A stretch of 64,000 nt of DNA, from assembly GCA_038496445.1 (NCBI GenBank), contig JALMLS010000005.1, positions 174,417-238,416 of the forward strand. Direction: 5' to 3'. Under the pieces are notes generated by a model. It was not told the origin of the DNA. It searched no databases and saw only the letters and a list, made by a program, of their open reading frames with translations. The position numbers and the translations under genes were made by a program. This DNA comes from Trichosphaerium sp. ATCC 40318 (Eukaryota; Protista; Tubulinea). Of the stretch, positions 23,401 to 35,707 are shown piece after piece (the stretch's first letter is position 1; every line of letters starts with the position of its first letter).

Positions 23401-26400
23401 ATGGCAAACTGGGACCTACAAACATTACTTGACGACCTAGCTGCAGTAGAGGAAGACTACGAGCGCGTAGATGAAATAGAAGAGTCTTCCTGGTTGACTC
23501 TACTGCAATGTCGGGAACAAAAGATGATTCTCACCACTAAACAGCAACAATTAATGAAGCTAGTCAGAAGTACGACATAAACAAAAAAAATGCGACCAAA
23601 TTTGCACCAAGCAGTATCTTTTACAAATTTGTTGGTCTAACCCAATGCACTACGCTCAGTAAGAGTTGGAAATAAACTTACGACACCTTGTAGTGACCAT
23701 CCAAGTTGAAAATGCAGAACGCGCAAGAGAAGCAAGAAACTCCATTCCAAATAGAGTTCGATCCCACTCAAGAAACGTACTAAACCAAAACTCTTTCTTT
23801 GGTTTTTTGACCAAGAATCGTCGTTTACCTATTTAGCGCTCCCAATCCCTTCAAAACATACGCGATATTACTGAAGATGACGAGCAAGAGATTGACGACT
23901 ACGACGAAGGAAGTGACGAGTATCACTCACCAGCAGCCTCAATTGCGCCACCAACACCTTCCCTTATTCCAGACGACGACGTAGAAATCGAATACCGGTT
24001 GAGTGGTATGTCTCTTTTTGATAAAAACACTGATTGCTCCAGTAAGTGTTTTTCTAACGTTTCGTAGTCGAAAACGACCAAGAGGAAATTAGTCCCAGTG
24101 ATGGTACAAAATAAAAAAGACGGGCATTAATACAACGTCTTACTCTTCGTGTCTAGATCAATTAGCCACTGCGAACAGCGAAGAATTAAGCCTTAATATA
24201 GCTGGTAATGTAGCACAAACTGATTATGGAGACTCTATCGGTAGAGCAGACTCTGCAGAGTACGTCAATAAGTAACATCGTACAAACTGAAAAACTTTTC
24301 TAATTTTTTTTTTGTACGTTCTCTTGTCATTTTCGTTTACTTATATTGCGTTTTAAGGAGTTGGGAAAGGGCTGACTCTGATATGTCAAGTCCTAATCCG
24401 CGATATGGTAGACCAACTAGAGCTGAAACAATGTTCGAGTATCCTACCAGTACGAGCAAAGTTTTTGGTTTTGGTTCTCGAGTATTCACACTATTTTTGT
24501 AGATCTTGATCTTAAGACAGATTCATCTTTGAAACTCAAAGAGGACGATAAAAAAATAGCTGAGAGATTAGCTGCTTTGAACGCCATAAAAGTCCATACA
24601 GAAGCCAAGGCCCGTAAAAAACAGGAAAAGAAAGCTGAAGGTTTGTTGTTTGAAAACCACCAAAACAAAGAAAGGCTGAGTATTTTATTGTAGGTAAAGA
24701 CAAAGGCTTAAAACGCATGTTTTCACATAAAACTTGGTCCTCACGCACGCGTAAGCCACGTTCTAAACTTGTAGATATTTTTGCCGCAGACGGCAGTACA
24801 AGTGCTAGAACTACCGATAAGGAGAAAAAGAGGCTTGCGCGTATACGTAGACGAAAGGAGGAGCGCCGTGACCGCCGTAGATCCCAGAAAAGAAAAGAAC
24901 GAATGCGTAGAAAAAGTATAATGCCTGCACCAATTAAACCTGCTGCTGTCACTTTTGAGAAGATGGAAGAGCTACCACCAGCAGTTGTAGTTAAGGTTAA
25001 TCTTATGATGCTTGAGGATATATCATCTAACTTCCAACTCCTTGTGGGTATCATGCAAGCCAATGGTAAGCAAAAAAAAAAGCACGTGCTAGTTTTCAGG
25101 CTAAGAATTTTGAAGGTGAATTAAACGGTGATGGTACACAAGGAAGATGGATAATGAACGATAGAAGAACATGGGCAATGGCACAAACACTAGATAAGAA
25201 AACATTCGTTGCAGCCAGTACGTCTTCAACAACAAACAACAAAAAAAAAAGAAACTAACTTTTACTTTCCTTCTAGAGGAAGAAGTCCGTATTCCTTCTG
25301 TCAAACTATCAGAAATGTACACAAACGCCCCTACCGCTATTGCGTACGCGTTTATTTACTATTTTCGGTAATATATTGAGCTAACATTGATAACTAATAG
25401 TTCAACACCTTGGACCTTTGGAGTTAATGACATTAGTAATGATACTATAGTATCTATCAAGAAATTACCTCATACTGTAGCTGAAGGTAAGTAATACAAT
25501 TGTTTGCCTTGATCGTAATGAAAGAGAACGCAAACCTTCATTACTATGAATAACATTAAAAACTTTTTAGAGCAATACGCAAACTTCAGAGAAGTCGGTG
25601 TCATGAGAGGATTAGAACATGAAAATCTTGTTAAATATGTATGTGCATGGCACAGTCCACAGCTCAGTCAAGTTTGGGTTGTTTCAGAATATGTGCAAGG
25701 TATGTGACTATTTTTCTTTCTCTGAACAAGTTCATCTCGTTAACACCTTTTTAAAGGTGGTACTCTACGATGGGTATCACAACATTGTAGCCTCTCAGAA
25801 GATCATGTTGCCATAATTGCAAGGCAACTACTAGAGGGTATAAAGTATATGCACGACCAAGAGCTCGTGCACCGTAATATTAACACGAATAACATTATCT
25901 TATCTTGTGACGGATGTGTTAAATTAAGTACGGAAGAGATTATAACGTTTTTGGTCTTCATTATACTCACAGCTTCTTAAGCCGATTTCGAGGTCAGTAC
26001 AGATACTCTAGGTATCAGACAATCTGCTATGGTTGGTGACGTATTGTTCATGTCCCCAGAAATGATTAGCGGCCAAGGTTATGGCAAACCAGTACGAAAC
26101 TATTGCTTTTGTACCTTGTATTTATTCTTTTAATTTTTGCGATAGACTGATATCTGGAGTTTTGGCGTAGCCATGCTAGCTGTAACACGGTATGGAAGTA
26201 CTCCATACGAAGAAGAAGAAACCACCAAAATAATGTACATGATAGCTACAAAGGTACTGTGCTTTTGCGTTTAATGGTACATGAACAAAAAATTAACAAA
26301 AACTTTTAGGGCTTAGCTTGTGAGATACCTGAATTAGCATCTGAAGACTTTCAAGACTTCTTACATAAGAGTCTTGAAGTACGACCAGTCATTCGTGCTA

Positions 26401-26602
26401 CAGCACAAAGTCTACTTGAGGTAATTATTGTATTTTTTTCGATCATCGATCATAGATCAAAGCAAATCGCATGCCTTCGTGCCCTAATATGATGTTATAG
26501 CATGAGTTCATCCTTGCAGATGATACACTCACGCCTGATACATTAAAAGAGGCAATTGGAGAAGAACTAGCTGAAGGAGGGACATTCAAGACTTCGGTGT
26601 AA
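23401..26602 (+). CDS. STE20/PAK-like pseudokinase with coiled-coil, acidic and basic N-terminal regions
   Basis: VSIKK, REVGVMRGLEHENLV, VWVVSEYVQGGTL, VHRNINTNNI, DFE, VGDVLFMSPE, TDIWSFG, RATAQSLLEHEF. Confidence 0.85.
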
Positions 26603-27509
26603 TTGTTAGAAGATACAAAAAAAGTTATGCGGTTTTGTGCTTGCAGTCGTTTTTGTACATAAACTGCGCCACGCACCCACTTTTATTTAATTTGTTGAGA
26701 TCAAATAGAAAGTAAGTTTTAGGAACTCAATCGGAATCACTAATTGGGTGTCATTATTATGACACCTACACAAAATTGTAGCTCCTTGTACTGATAATAA
26801 AAAAATCTGTTTCAAAACGCAGTTTGTCGCTCCTTATATAACGTGCACGTGACTCGTCTGAAAATCTGTATTCTGAACTCGCACTTATGATTAAGTAGTA
26901 GAGTTCTTAGAAAGGCTAGAATAAAACACAGAAAAATAGTTTTATTTTCAATAGGTGACCAGGAATAGCAATAACAGAATAACGAAATCCTATTGTTGAG
27001 CGAGTTTTTGTTAATCACTACAAGTATTTAGTTCGTTGTAACTAAGCAGGAAATGCAGTTTACCTGCGTCACCCTTAACACAAAATATGAGGTAGTAATG
27101 CCAAAAATGGAATACGTTTGAAAAGAAAATCTGAAAACTTCGCAAATGTACTACAGCAAGAGTGTTGTAGACGCTAACATCTGTATTTTATCATTTTGGG
27201 TCCCTAAATGCGTTTAAACTACCTCAGTTGTACGCGCACAACACGAGAATTGGTTGTTCGGATAAACAAAGCAATGCTTTAAGCTGCCTCAGTTTAGAGT
27301 TTGGTTTTTTTCGGGTGTTTTGGAGAAGTTCTCATTAGCGCTTTTTTTTGGTACAACACTGTTGTAGTTATTACTTGATTCAAGCGTAGCGTTGTGTATT
27401 TTACCCAATTGAAACTGCTAATAAAAACTACAATTTTTGGGTTTTTTTGCCAGTTTTCTGTTGCAACTAAGTCAGTTTTATTTGTTTTTCTCATAGTTTC
27501 CATAAAAGC

Positions 27510-29566
27510 ATGACAACACAAACGTTTTTGATATCGACTATCTTCGTTATAGCGATTTGTTGTACGTTTACTTGGCTACCGTCGCTCAAGCACGAAACTA
27601 ACTTTTAACCGTGTAGACGCTAATGCAGCGCTTCCGCTAAACCAGTTTAAGGTTAGCACCAACTTTACCGGTAGCTCCTTTAGTTTTGCATCAGGCAATG
27701 CAATAGCACTTGGGAAGATATCAGGAATGACATTCTACGCTATTGCAACTGAAACAGAGGAAGTGGGAGAAACCAATTTTATTGCTGTTGCTATCTACAC
27801 GCAAGAAGGTCTTCTTGCAGAGAACGCAACGAATGAATTCCAAGTTGAAGGACATGATCCAAAACTTGTAGTTTCTGGAAACGGTGTAGCAATGCTGTAC
27901 GCTACTGATGATTCGGGCGACTTACAGATGCACTACTTTATCTACAACTCCACCGCTGAAGTGCGTAAATAAGGCTTTTTTTTTTTTCATGGATTTTACT
28001 TCAAGCAGTCCCTTATCTTTTGTTGTTTAGAACTTTACTAGCGAAGCAAGTGCGGGTCGTGTTACAGGGTTATCTGGACAGCAAATTTATGATTTATTTC
28101 CAATTGGTAAGGATAATTCCCGATTTGGAAGCGCGTAGTTTAAATAGCTGCTACAGCTACGCTCAAAAAAAAGTTGTTTACGAGTGCAACGCTTTTTGTT
28201 TACGTAAACACAACTACGCGAGTAGCGATAAATTCGTTTTAACATCCTTTGTTTTCACTACTAATACTCGTTCATGTAGAAGGTGGAAATACTCATACCG
28301 TATACCTATATGAGGCTGGCTCACGTACATCTAACTTTTGGATTGTTGAGAAGGACATGAACCCAACTCCTACTCTAACCTGTACGTTAAAGATAGCTTC
28401 TCAACTTTTTCTGACTTTGATGACAGTCGTACATGAAGAATCAATCGTTGGGCGCCCAGACATTGCTCAAGTTACTGCTAATGCTTTTGTGGGAGCATAT
28501 CCAGTTTCAGTAGGAATAGAACTCACATCTTTTGGATTTAACCCTAGCTCTGTACGTCACAGCTGTTTGTAAACTTCAGAGCTTACTCATCTTGCTTCTA
28601 GAACACAACTGTTACAATACAAGGAACAGCAAATATTGGTGATCTAGATCTTGAATTCAATCCAGCTACTGACGAGCTCGTGGTGTCTTATGTCAATAAC
28701 TCAATATACGAGTTGATCACGTTTAATGACGAATTTGTTTCAGTCGGAAATATACAATATACACAAGCTCCCGAAAATGGAGACAGCAATACTCTCGTTG
28801 AATTAGCAGATTCATTTGTTGCAAGTTTTATCATCATTCGTCTTAACAACAATGAAGGTGGCTTTCAACTCAGCCAAGGATTGGTACTAAGAAATAATGT
28901 TATACCGCCAACTAACAACCCTTTGTAGAAACCACCAACACGTGCAGATGACTTTTCTGGTTTTTCTTCACCTATTCCTGTTGACGATATAAACTCTATC
29001 CTATCTGTATTTAACAAAGAAGAATGCCTATTGGTCGTACGTATAATGAGTATTTGATTGCTTTCTGGATGCTTTTTTTCCTTGTTCTCTGACCCTTATA
29101 AACTCACAAAATATATTAGGTATTTGCTTCTAGTGACAGTTCATCAATGTTTGGTTTGTTCAACACCAGTAATCTAGTTTGTGGTGTACCTCCACCGACT
29201 ACAGCTCCACCAACTACAGCGGCTCCTCCACCAACTACAGCGGCACCTACAATACCTGTAGCACCAACTACAGAAGCTCCTACAGTGCCTGTCGCACCAA
29301 CTACAACAGCACCTACAATACCTGTAGCACCAACTACAGCAGCTCCTACAGTGCCTGTCGCACCAACTACAACAGCACCTACAATACCTGTAGCACCAAC
29401 TACAGCAGCTCCTACAGTGCCTGTCGCACCAACTACAACAGCGCCAACTACAGGATCTCCTACCGCTGCCCCTGTAATGCCTGTAGCACCAATTGCTCCT
29501 TCTGGCGCTGTCAGTGTAGCTTGCAGTTTGTTACTCAGCGTGGTACTACTTTTGTCTGTTATTTAA
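27510..29566 (+). CDS. Secreted/GPI-anchored surface glycoprotein with Pro/Thr/Ala mucin-like stalk
   Basis: Signal peptide MTTQTFLISTIFVIAIC; beta-rich middle exons; APTT/PVAPT repeats; hydrophobic C-terminus SGAVSVACSLLLSVVLLLSVI with no cytoplasmic tail. Confidence 0.8.
29196..29490 (+). repeat. Coding minisatellite: 33-bp units arranged as 66-bp dimers (PTIPVAPTTxA / PTVPVAPTTTA)
   Basis: gcacctacaatacctgtagcaccaactacag and gctcctacagtgcctgtcgcaccaactacaaca alternate three times. Confidence 0.95.
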
Positions 29567-29788
29567 TCAATAAACAAAGAAAATCACTCACATTGTTGTC
29601 CATTGACAATTGACTCTGTAGCCTCACATGAGTTGTTTACAATTTATTTAAATTAGCAGCCTCTGTGGCTAAATTGACTTGATTGACTGCCTTTTCTGGA
29701 GCTGATATTAGTCCTTGAATATTCAATACAAATTATTTCCCAACCCCTTTAGCACGTGTGCAACACTGATACCTGTAAACCTTGTACA

Positions 29789-32700
29789 ATGGGGAAGTTT
29801 GTTGACCAATTTATTACTCTGGATTCAGCGATAAAAACTCTACAAACGTCAATTTGTTGTTTTAACGATCAATGCAACGTGTAGTAGCCTCTGGTAGTTT
29901 GCAGGTATCCTGTACGACGTCTCGGCGCACAAAGCAAAAAACAAGACGTAAAACACGCAACCCGCGTGTTATTAGCACTCCTCTAGGGACTAGGAGTACG
30001 TAAGAACATTTTATCCGTACAATTAATTTTATGTGTTAGCCTTCTTCTCGCTGCCGGGTAAGCAGAAAATAGATGAAGACAGTATACAGAAGATAGTGAA
30101 CAGGTTGGAGGAAGAATACAAAACGCGTGAGAGTACATTGCTCGCAAAGCTCGACGATAGCGCCAAAAGGAACAACAGAGTCGTAGATTACCTCAGGTAA
30201 CATTTTTAACGCTTTTTGAGAGCATAGGCGAAATAACTCGTTGACGTCACAATACAATACCTTATTTTCGCGTATTTGCGATTGTATAGGCCTAAACTGT
30301 TGAACTCAGCAATTCACTTTGCATGATATAAAACATTTCTCTCACATTATACAGGCTCAACGGGTACCCAGACATAGAAGAGAGTATAAATCGTGACGGA
30401 CCAGTGGAAAAACCAAAGGAGGACGAAAAACAAGACGAACAAGAAGAGGAGGAAGAAGAAGATAATCAAGATGAACCAGAGCAAGGCGCTCATTTGCCAG
30501 ATAATAGACCTTCTAGGGAATACACCTACGCAGAATGTGTCAATTTCATTGCTCCGTTAAACTTACCTGCAACGAGCAGAGTGAGCGAAGTACGTCATTA
30601 TCGCTGTTTTTAACCGCTTTTGCGTTGTTTTTTTTTTGTATTGTAAGAAACTTGAGCATTTTTTCTGAATGTGAGGTTTAAATTGGGGAAATTAATTCTT
30701 AACATTGTGTAGTTTTGGCGTGGATATGTATACTTTATGCACCAATGGAAGTTATTTGATATGGAGTCACAGGTAATGCTATAATAATGTATTTTTTGAT
30801 TGAAAAGAAGAATTACAACGCCAGCGTATTTATGTCAATTATAGGTCGCAGAGCGATCAAAAGCACCGCCACTACATGTAGCCCTTATAGGAGAAGCTGG
30901 TGTTGGAAGAGTAAGTACACAAAATGTGATAGAAATGGAGAAAATCCGATCTCTCTTTTTCAGATGTTTTCTTTGTTTTTGTTTTATTTATTCGGGAAGC
31001 TGTAGTGTGCTTATGCAATATTTAGTCAAGAGTAGCACAATGTATGTTCCAACTATGGAGTGCTGCAGGGTTAGGTGCACCAAATCAGACATCTTTAATG
31101 GAGTTTAATGGCGGTTATTGGAGAGAACTTTGGCAACGTTCAATGTTTGATCGTTTAAATCCTGGTATTTTTTCAACAACTGAAATGCAACCTATGTTAT
31201 CATCAACTGAACAGAACCACTCCACAAATGTATTCAAGTACGTAACTATCATTTTATTACAGCACTACAAAAGATAAACATGCCACACACTTCACAACAT
31301 GTAAGGCTTTACAGTGCGCTCTTTTGGCTGCCTGAAGCAAAAAACACTCACAAATCTTGCCAGTGATAGTTTAGTTTGACTTATGGATTGAATCTAGGAT
31401 GATGCTTTCCGCTTTGAAGCAATCGCCGAACACTTACTATATCTTCATGCTTACTCACCAAGAATTATCTCGCGTAAGAGCAGAATGTCCCGAATTTGAT
31501 ACTATTGTACCCCACCAGGTGAGTTTCATTCAACACTACGTCATAGAAGCTAGGATTAAAGAAAAAAACGTCAACATTTGTCAAATGTTACACTTTCTTT
31601 AAGTAGTCTATATTATTATTTGCTCAATGCTACAGTATTTGTTTGTGCTTCTTCCACTGACAGTATACTGTATAGGTCCATTTTGAGGAAATGAGCGATG
31701 CTCAATCTGCCAATGTGATTAATGAGTACTTGAGTACAAGAGGCGTTGAGCTACCTAAAGAGCTTAATGTTGAAGAAGTCATTACAAGGTTCAAAAAGAC
31801 AGCTAACCCTGCTAATCTACAGAATGGACGTTTATCAGAATATCTAGCACAGCGTGTTTTAATAAGCAGCGCTCAACGGTATGTATTTAAGACAAAGTTT
31901 TGATAGAAACAGCTTTGTTTTTAGTTGTTTTTTACAGTTTTCTCACCTTCTTGTTGCTTAGGTATTCTGCTATTGCTCCAGTAAACGCTCCAGCACCACC
32001 AATATTAGAACCAAACGATTTTGAGGGTGTTTTTGCAAATAGTGTACAAGAGAGAGAAGAAAATATAAAAACAGCTCATAAGCTACTTGCAAATATGGTT
32101 GGCATGAAGGGAATTAAAAAGTTTTTGGGTGACCTTGAGGCACGATCAAAGGTTGAAAAGATGCGTAAAAAAGCAGGGTTACCAAGTACAAGTCCCATCA
32201 CAACATTTCACATGTACGTGGCGACGATGTTGAGTGTAAGAAGTGCTTTGTTGACTTTTCCTTTTAGGATTTTTGAAGGACCTCCTGGAACAGGAAAAAC
32301 GTCTATTGCTGGACTTGTAGCAAAAATTTTGAATGGTCTTGGTATTCTACGGACAGGACAGTTGGTTGTTGCAAGACGAGAGGATCTCGTAGCGTCATAT
32401 GTTGGTATGGTTTTAATTTATTTTCATTGGCCAATGAAATTTGTTTGTTATTTTCTCACCTTTTTTCGTTTACAGGCCAGACCGCGCCCCGAACTGCAGC
32501 GGTTATAAGATCAGCGCTTGGAGGTGTACTATTTATTGATGAAGCTTACCACTTAAGCATGGATGACAGGTTAGACGCAATGCTAAAGTTAACAGTACTA
32601 ACTTTTTTCTTTTTTAAAACAGAGACTGGTTTTCAAGTGAAGTCATAGTCACATTACTCAATATGATGGAAACACATAGAGGAGATTTGGTTGTTATCTT

Positions 32701-33302
32701 AGCTGGATACAAGAAGGAGATGGACAACTTTTTGGATTCAAACCCTGGTCTACGGTAAGACAATACATTTCTCCAGAAATTTTGGTCTTTTTCATTAGCT
32801 TTGTTCCACAAACCCAAGATTTATGACAAACTACTCTAAATTTCTTGATTTCCCTGTGTTACCTTGCTGAATAATATTATTTAGTTCTCGATTCTCTAAT
32901 ATTGTAATGTTCGATTCTTTCACACCAACTGAATTAAGAGATATTGGCACTACTATGTTTAAGGAAGTTGGTTATGAAGTAACCCCTGAAGCAAATAATG
33001 TCTTGGAAACAATTACTAAAGAACTACCACAACATTCAAACGGAAATGCACGTGATGTCCGTAACATAGTACAACAAGGTACGTACTAGTATCATAATAA
33101 CTCAAAAAAAATATTCAAACATTTTGCGGGTTTTCGTTTCTTGAAAACAAGCTATTGACACATTGTTTTAGCAATTCTTAATCACAGTCAACGTCTACAA
33201 AATAAAGAAGATGCTACTAAGGAAGAATTAAGTAATCTAGTACCAGAAGACTTCAAGGATGTTGGAAAAGATAAGCAAGACTGGGGCAGATGGATTCTTT
33301 AA
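29789..33302 (+). CDS. CbbX/CfxQ/SpoVK-family AAA+ ATPase preceded by a degenerate AAA-like module
   Basis: MVGMKGIK, FEGPPGTGKTSIA, REDLVASYVGQTAPRT, ALGGVLFIDEAYHL, VVILAGY, SNPGL.SRF, GNARDVRN; upstream LHVALIGEAGVGR. Start codon uncertain. Confidence 0.85.
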
Positions 33303-33496
33303 AAAAAATTCAAAGCAACAGTTTTCAGAGAGCAAAAAAAAAAATCACATACCAACAAAACAGTGTACTGTACAAAAAAAAGCCGAAAGGATGAAGAAAG
33401 AAAGACCGAGTTAAAATAAGAATTTTTGGATCGTGTTAAGGCATTTCGTAGTTAAGTGTTTTTGTGTAATTCGCTTTCGTGTTTATATTCGCCAAA

Positions 33497-34934
33497 ATGA
33501 GTCTGGAAGGGCTTGAAACTAGTGCCTTGCTCGAAGAACTACGACGAAGGGGTGTAATTACGCAGTTTGAGGTAGAAGAGTTCCAAACTCGCTTGATCAA
33601 AACTAAAACACGCTCAGGCGTTGATTTTAGTCCAAAAGAACCAAAAGAAATAATAAAAGAAACGATTACAGTAGTAGAAGGTGAAAATAACGAAAGACCT
33701 ATTGAAACGAAGTCAATAGCTCTAAAACGCCAACATTTTATTCTTTTGGGTACGTTCAAGTATGGATCGCAAGAAACAATAAAGGACTTGATCAGTATGC
33801 ACAAAGGGTATGTCTTTAATCAGTTTCTTTTGGTTACTCAAGTACCTATTCTTGGAATAACAAATAACTTTCTGTTAGTCATGTTATGAAAAAGAAGTGG
33901 CCTCTTCCAAAGACAGTTGATGCTGTTATCATTGGGTCTAATCCATCTTCTGATCACGTGGATCATCTGAAAGAGGTAAGTAAGACCAACAAAAAACGCC
34001 TTTGTTTTTTACCATGTCACGTGATTTCATATTTAACCATGACCGCCGTAGAGAAAGGATATCAGACAGTTTACAGAAAACGAATTCTTTGAGTACTTAA
34101 AAAATGAACTGAATAGACCTCGACGAGGTGGAGCGCCAAAGAGACCAATATCTGCATACATGCTCTTCGTAAAAGATAACCGTGATCGACTAAGAAAAGA
34201 AAAACCGGACATACCAATTTTTGAAATTGCAAAACATCTGGGCAGGGAGTGGAGAGCTCTTGATGATAGTACAACAGTCTCCTTTTTTTAAATACGTTAA
34301 ATATACACTCATGCTTTTCTAGGTACTAGGGCTGTATACATACAAAGAGCTCAAAAAGCAAAAGTAGAATATGCGGAGGATTTAAAAGAATACAACAAAG
34401 CTAAAGAACTTGAAGAAAAAGAGGCTGAGAAGGAGGAAGAAGACGTAGAACAAGATGACTTTTGCACTTTCAGTTCTATTGTCAGCCTTGAAAAACCTTC
34501 ATCTAATATCACACCTGTTGATTTACAATGTCCCATTAAGTCTGCCGTAAGTTATCTCCAAATACATTTAGACTCTATTATCAATATCAACTATTCTTTA
34601 GGTTGTTCATCAGCAATACACGTGTTCGCTGTGTCAAGTAAATATGGCAGGGAATAACAATAAGTTCTTCATTTTACAAGTGGTTAAGAGTGATGAACAG
34701 TATTACTTCTTTTCACGTTGGGGTAGAGGTAAAGTTGTTTTTTGGTTTAGCAATTAATTACTTATTTCTGTTGTAGTTGGTGCAACTGGTTTCCATAAAT
34801 GTATGGAATGCAAGTCGTCTACAGAAGCTGTTTCAGAATTTGAGAAAAAGTTTAAAATGAAGACTGCAATTGCTTGGAAAGATAGGAATACATCACCACC
34901 TGTTCAGGGTAAATACAAAGTAGTAATCCCTTGA
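33497..34934 (+). CDS. BRCT + HMG-box + WGR domain protein without a PARP catalytic domain
   Basis: BRCT-like LKRQHFILLGTF...DAVIIG; HMG PKRPISAYMLFVKDNR...IAKHLGREWRAL; WGR NNNKFFILQ...SRWGRVG...FEKKFKMKTAIAW...GKY; stop at 34932-34934 followed by AATAAA. Confidence 0.85.
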
Positions 34935-35171
34935 GGTATTCTAATAAACCTGTGAGCCACCACTTTTTTTTTCTTCTGTTTAACTTCTTGGAACAGTTGC
35001 TAGTACCAAGTGTTATTCAGAAACAGTAGACTTCTTTGTTGCGAACCATTTTTGATTCCATGCCTTGTATGAGTTAATCTTAGAGGGGTGACACTAGTGC
35101 TGAGGGGCATTATGGAAGTGAAAAAATACTGTCAAATCCTACAATATGTTAAAGCTTTAGCGCAGGGAAAA

Positions 35172-35331
35172 ACTGGAAGTTTTGAAATCTGGAAGAAATC
35201 TGGACCCCGTATTGCTGAGGGCCGGGGTGCTAGCCCACGTCTGGCGACTGAGGACTCAATTTATTGATGGTGGGGAGTGAAAGTACATCATACTTCCAGA
35301 TTTCGTTACAGATTTCACAACTTTCCATTCC
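35172..35331. repeat. Imperfect ~35-bp inverted repeat enclosing a GC-rich ~90-bp core (MITE-like or structured RNA)
   Basis: ctggaagttttgaaatctggaagaaatctgga (35173-35204) versus the reverse complement of ttccagatttcgttacagatttcacaactttccat (35294-35328). Confidence 0.6.
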
Positions 35332-35707
35332 ATAAATTAATTAGTTTTCACTATCAAAAACTGCGAAGAAGTAGGTATATTCTGGGCAAACGCGACTTTC
35401 CAGTCATTTTCTACTCGTATTAATGCGCAAAGGAGTTTATACGACAGTCAGATATCGACGATGATCTGACCAATCAGATCGCGAGAAAACGGCTTTGTAA
35501 AATCAAAAAAGGAAAGTGCTCAAACAACAGTTCGTTTTTGATAATCACTGTGACCAGTTAGTTCGTTGCAACAAGCGTGAAATGTTAATTAACTTGAAGC
35601 ATCACGTCATGAACCCGAAAAAAAGTTCTCCTGAACCAATTCCCGATTTGTACTTCGGAATGATGACATTTATTTACTATCACACAACTCACGCAGCACC
35701 TCTTACG

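Noticed and set aside
29179-29613. Alternative-frame 144-aa Cys/Ser/Tyr-rich ORF
   Set aside because: It is a by-product of the stop-free Pro/Thr minisatellite in the real frame.
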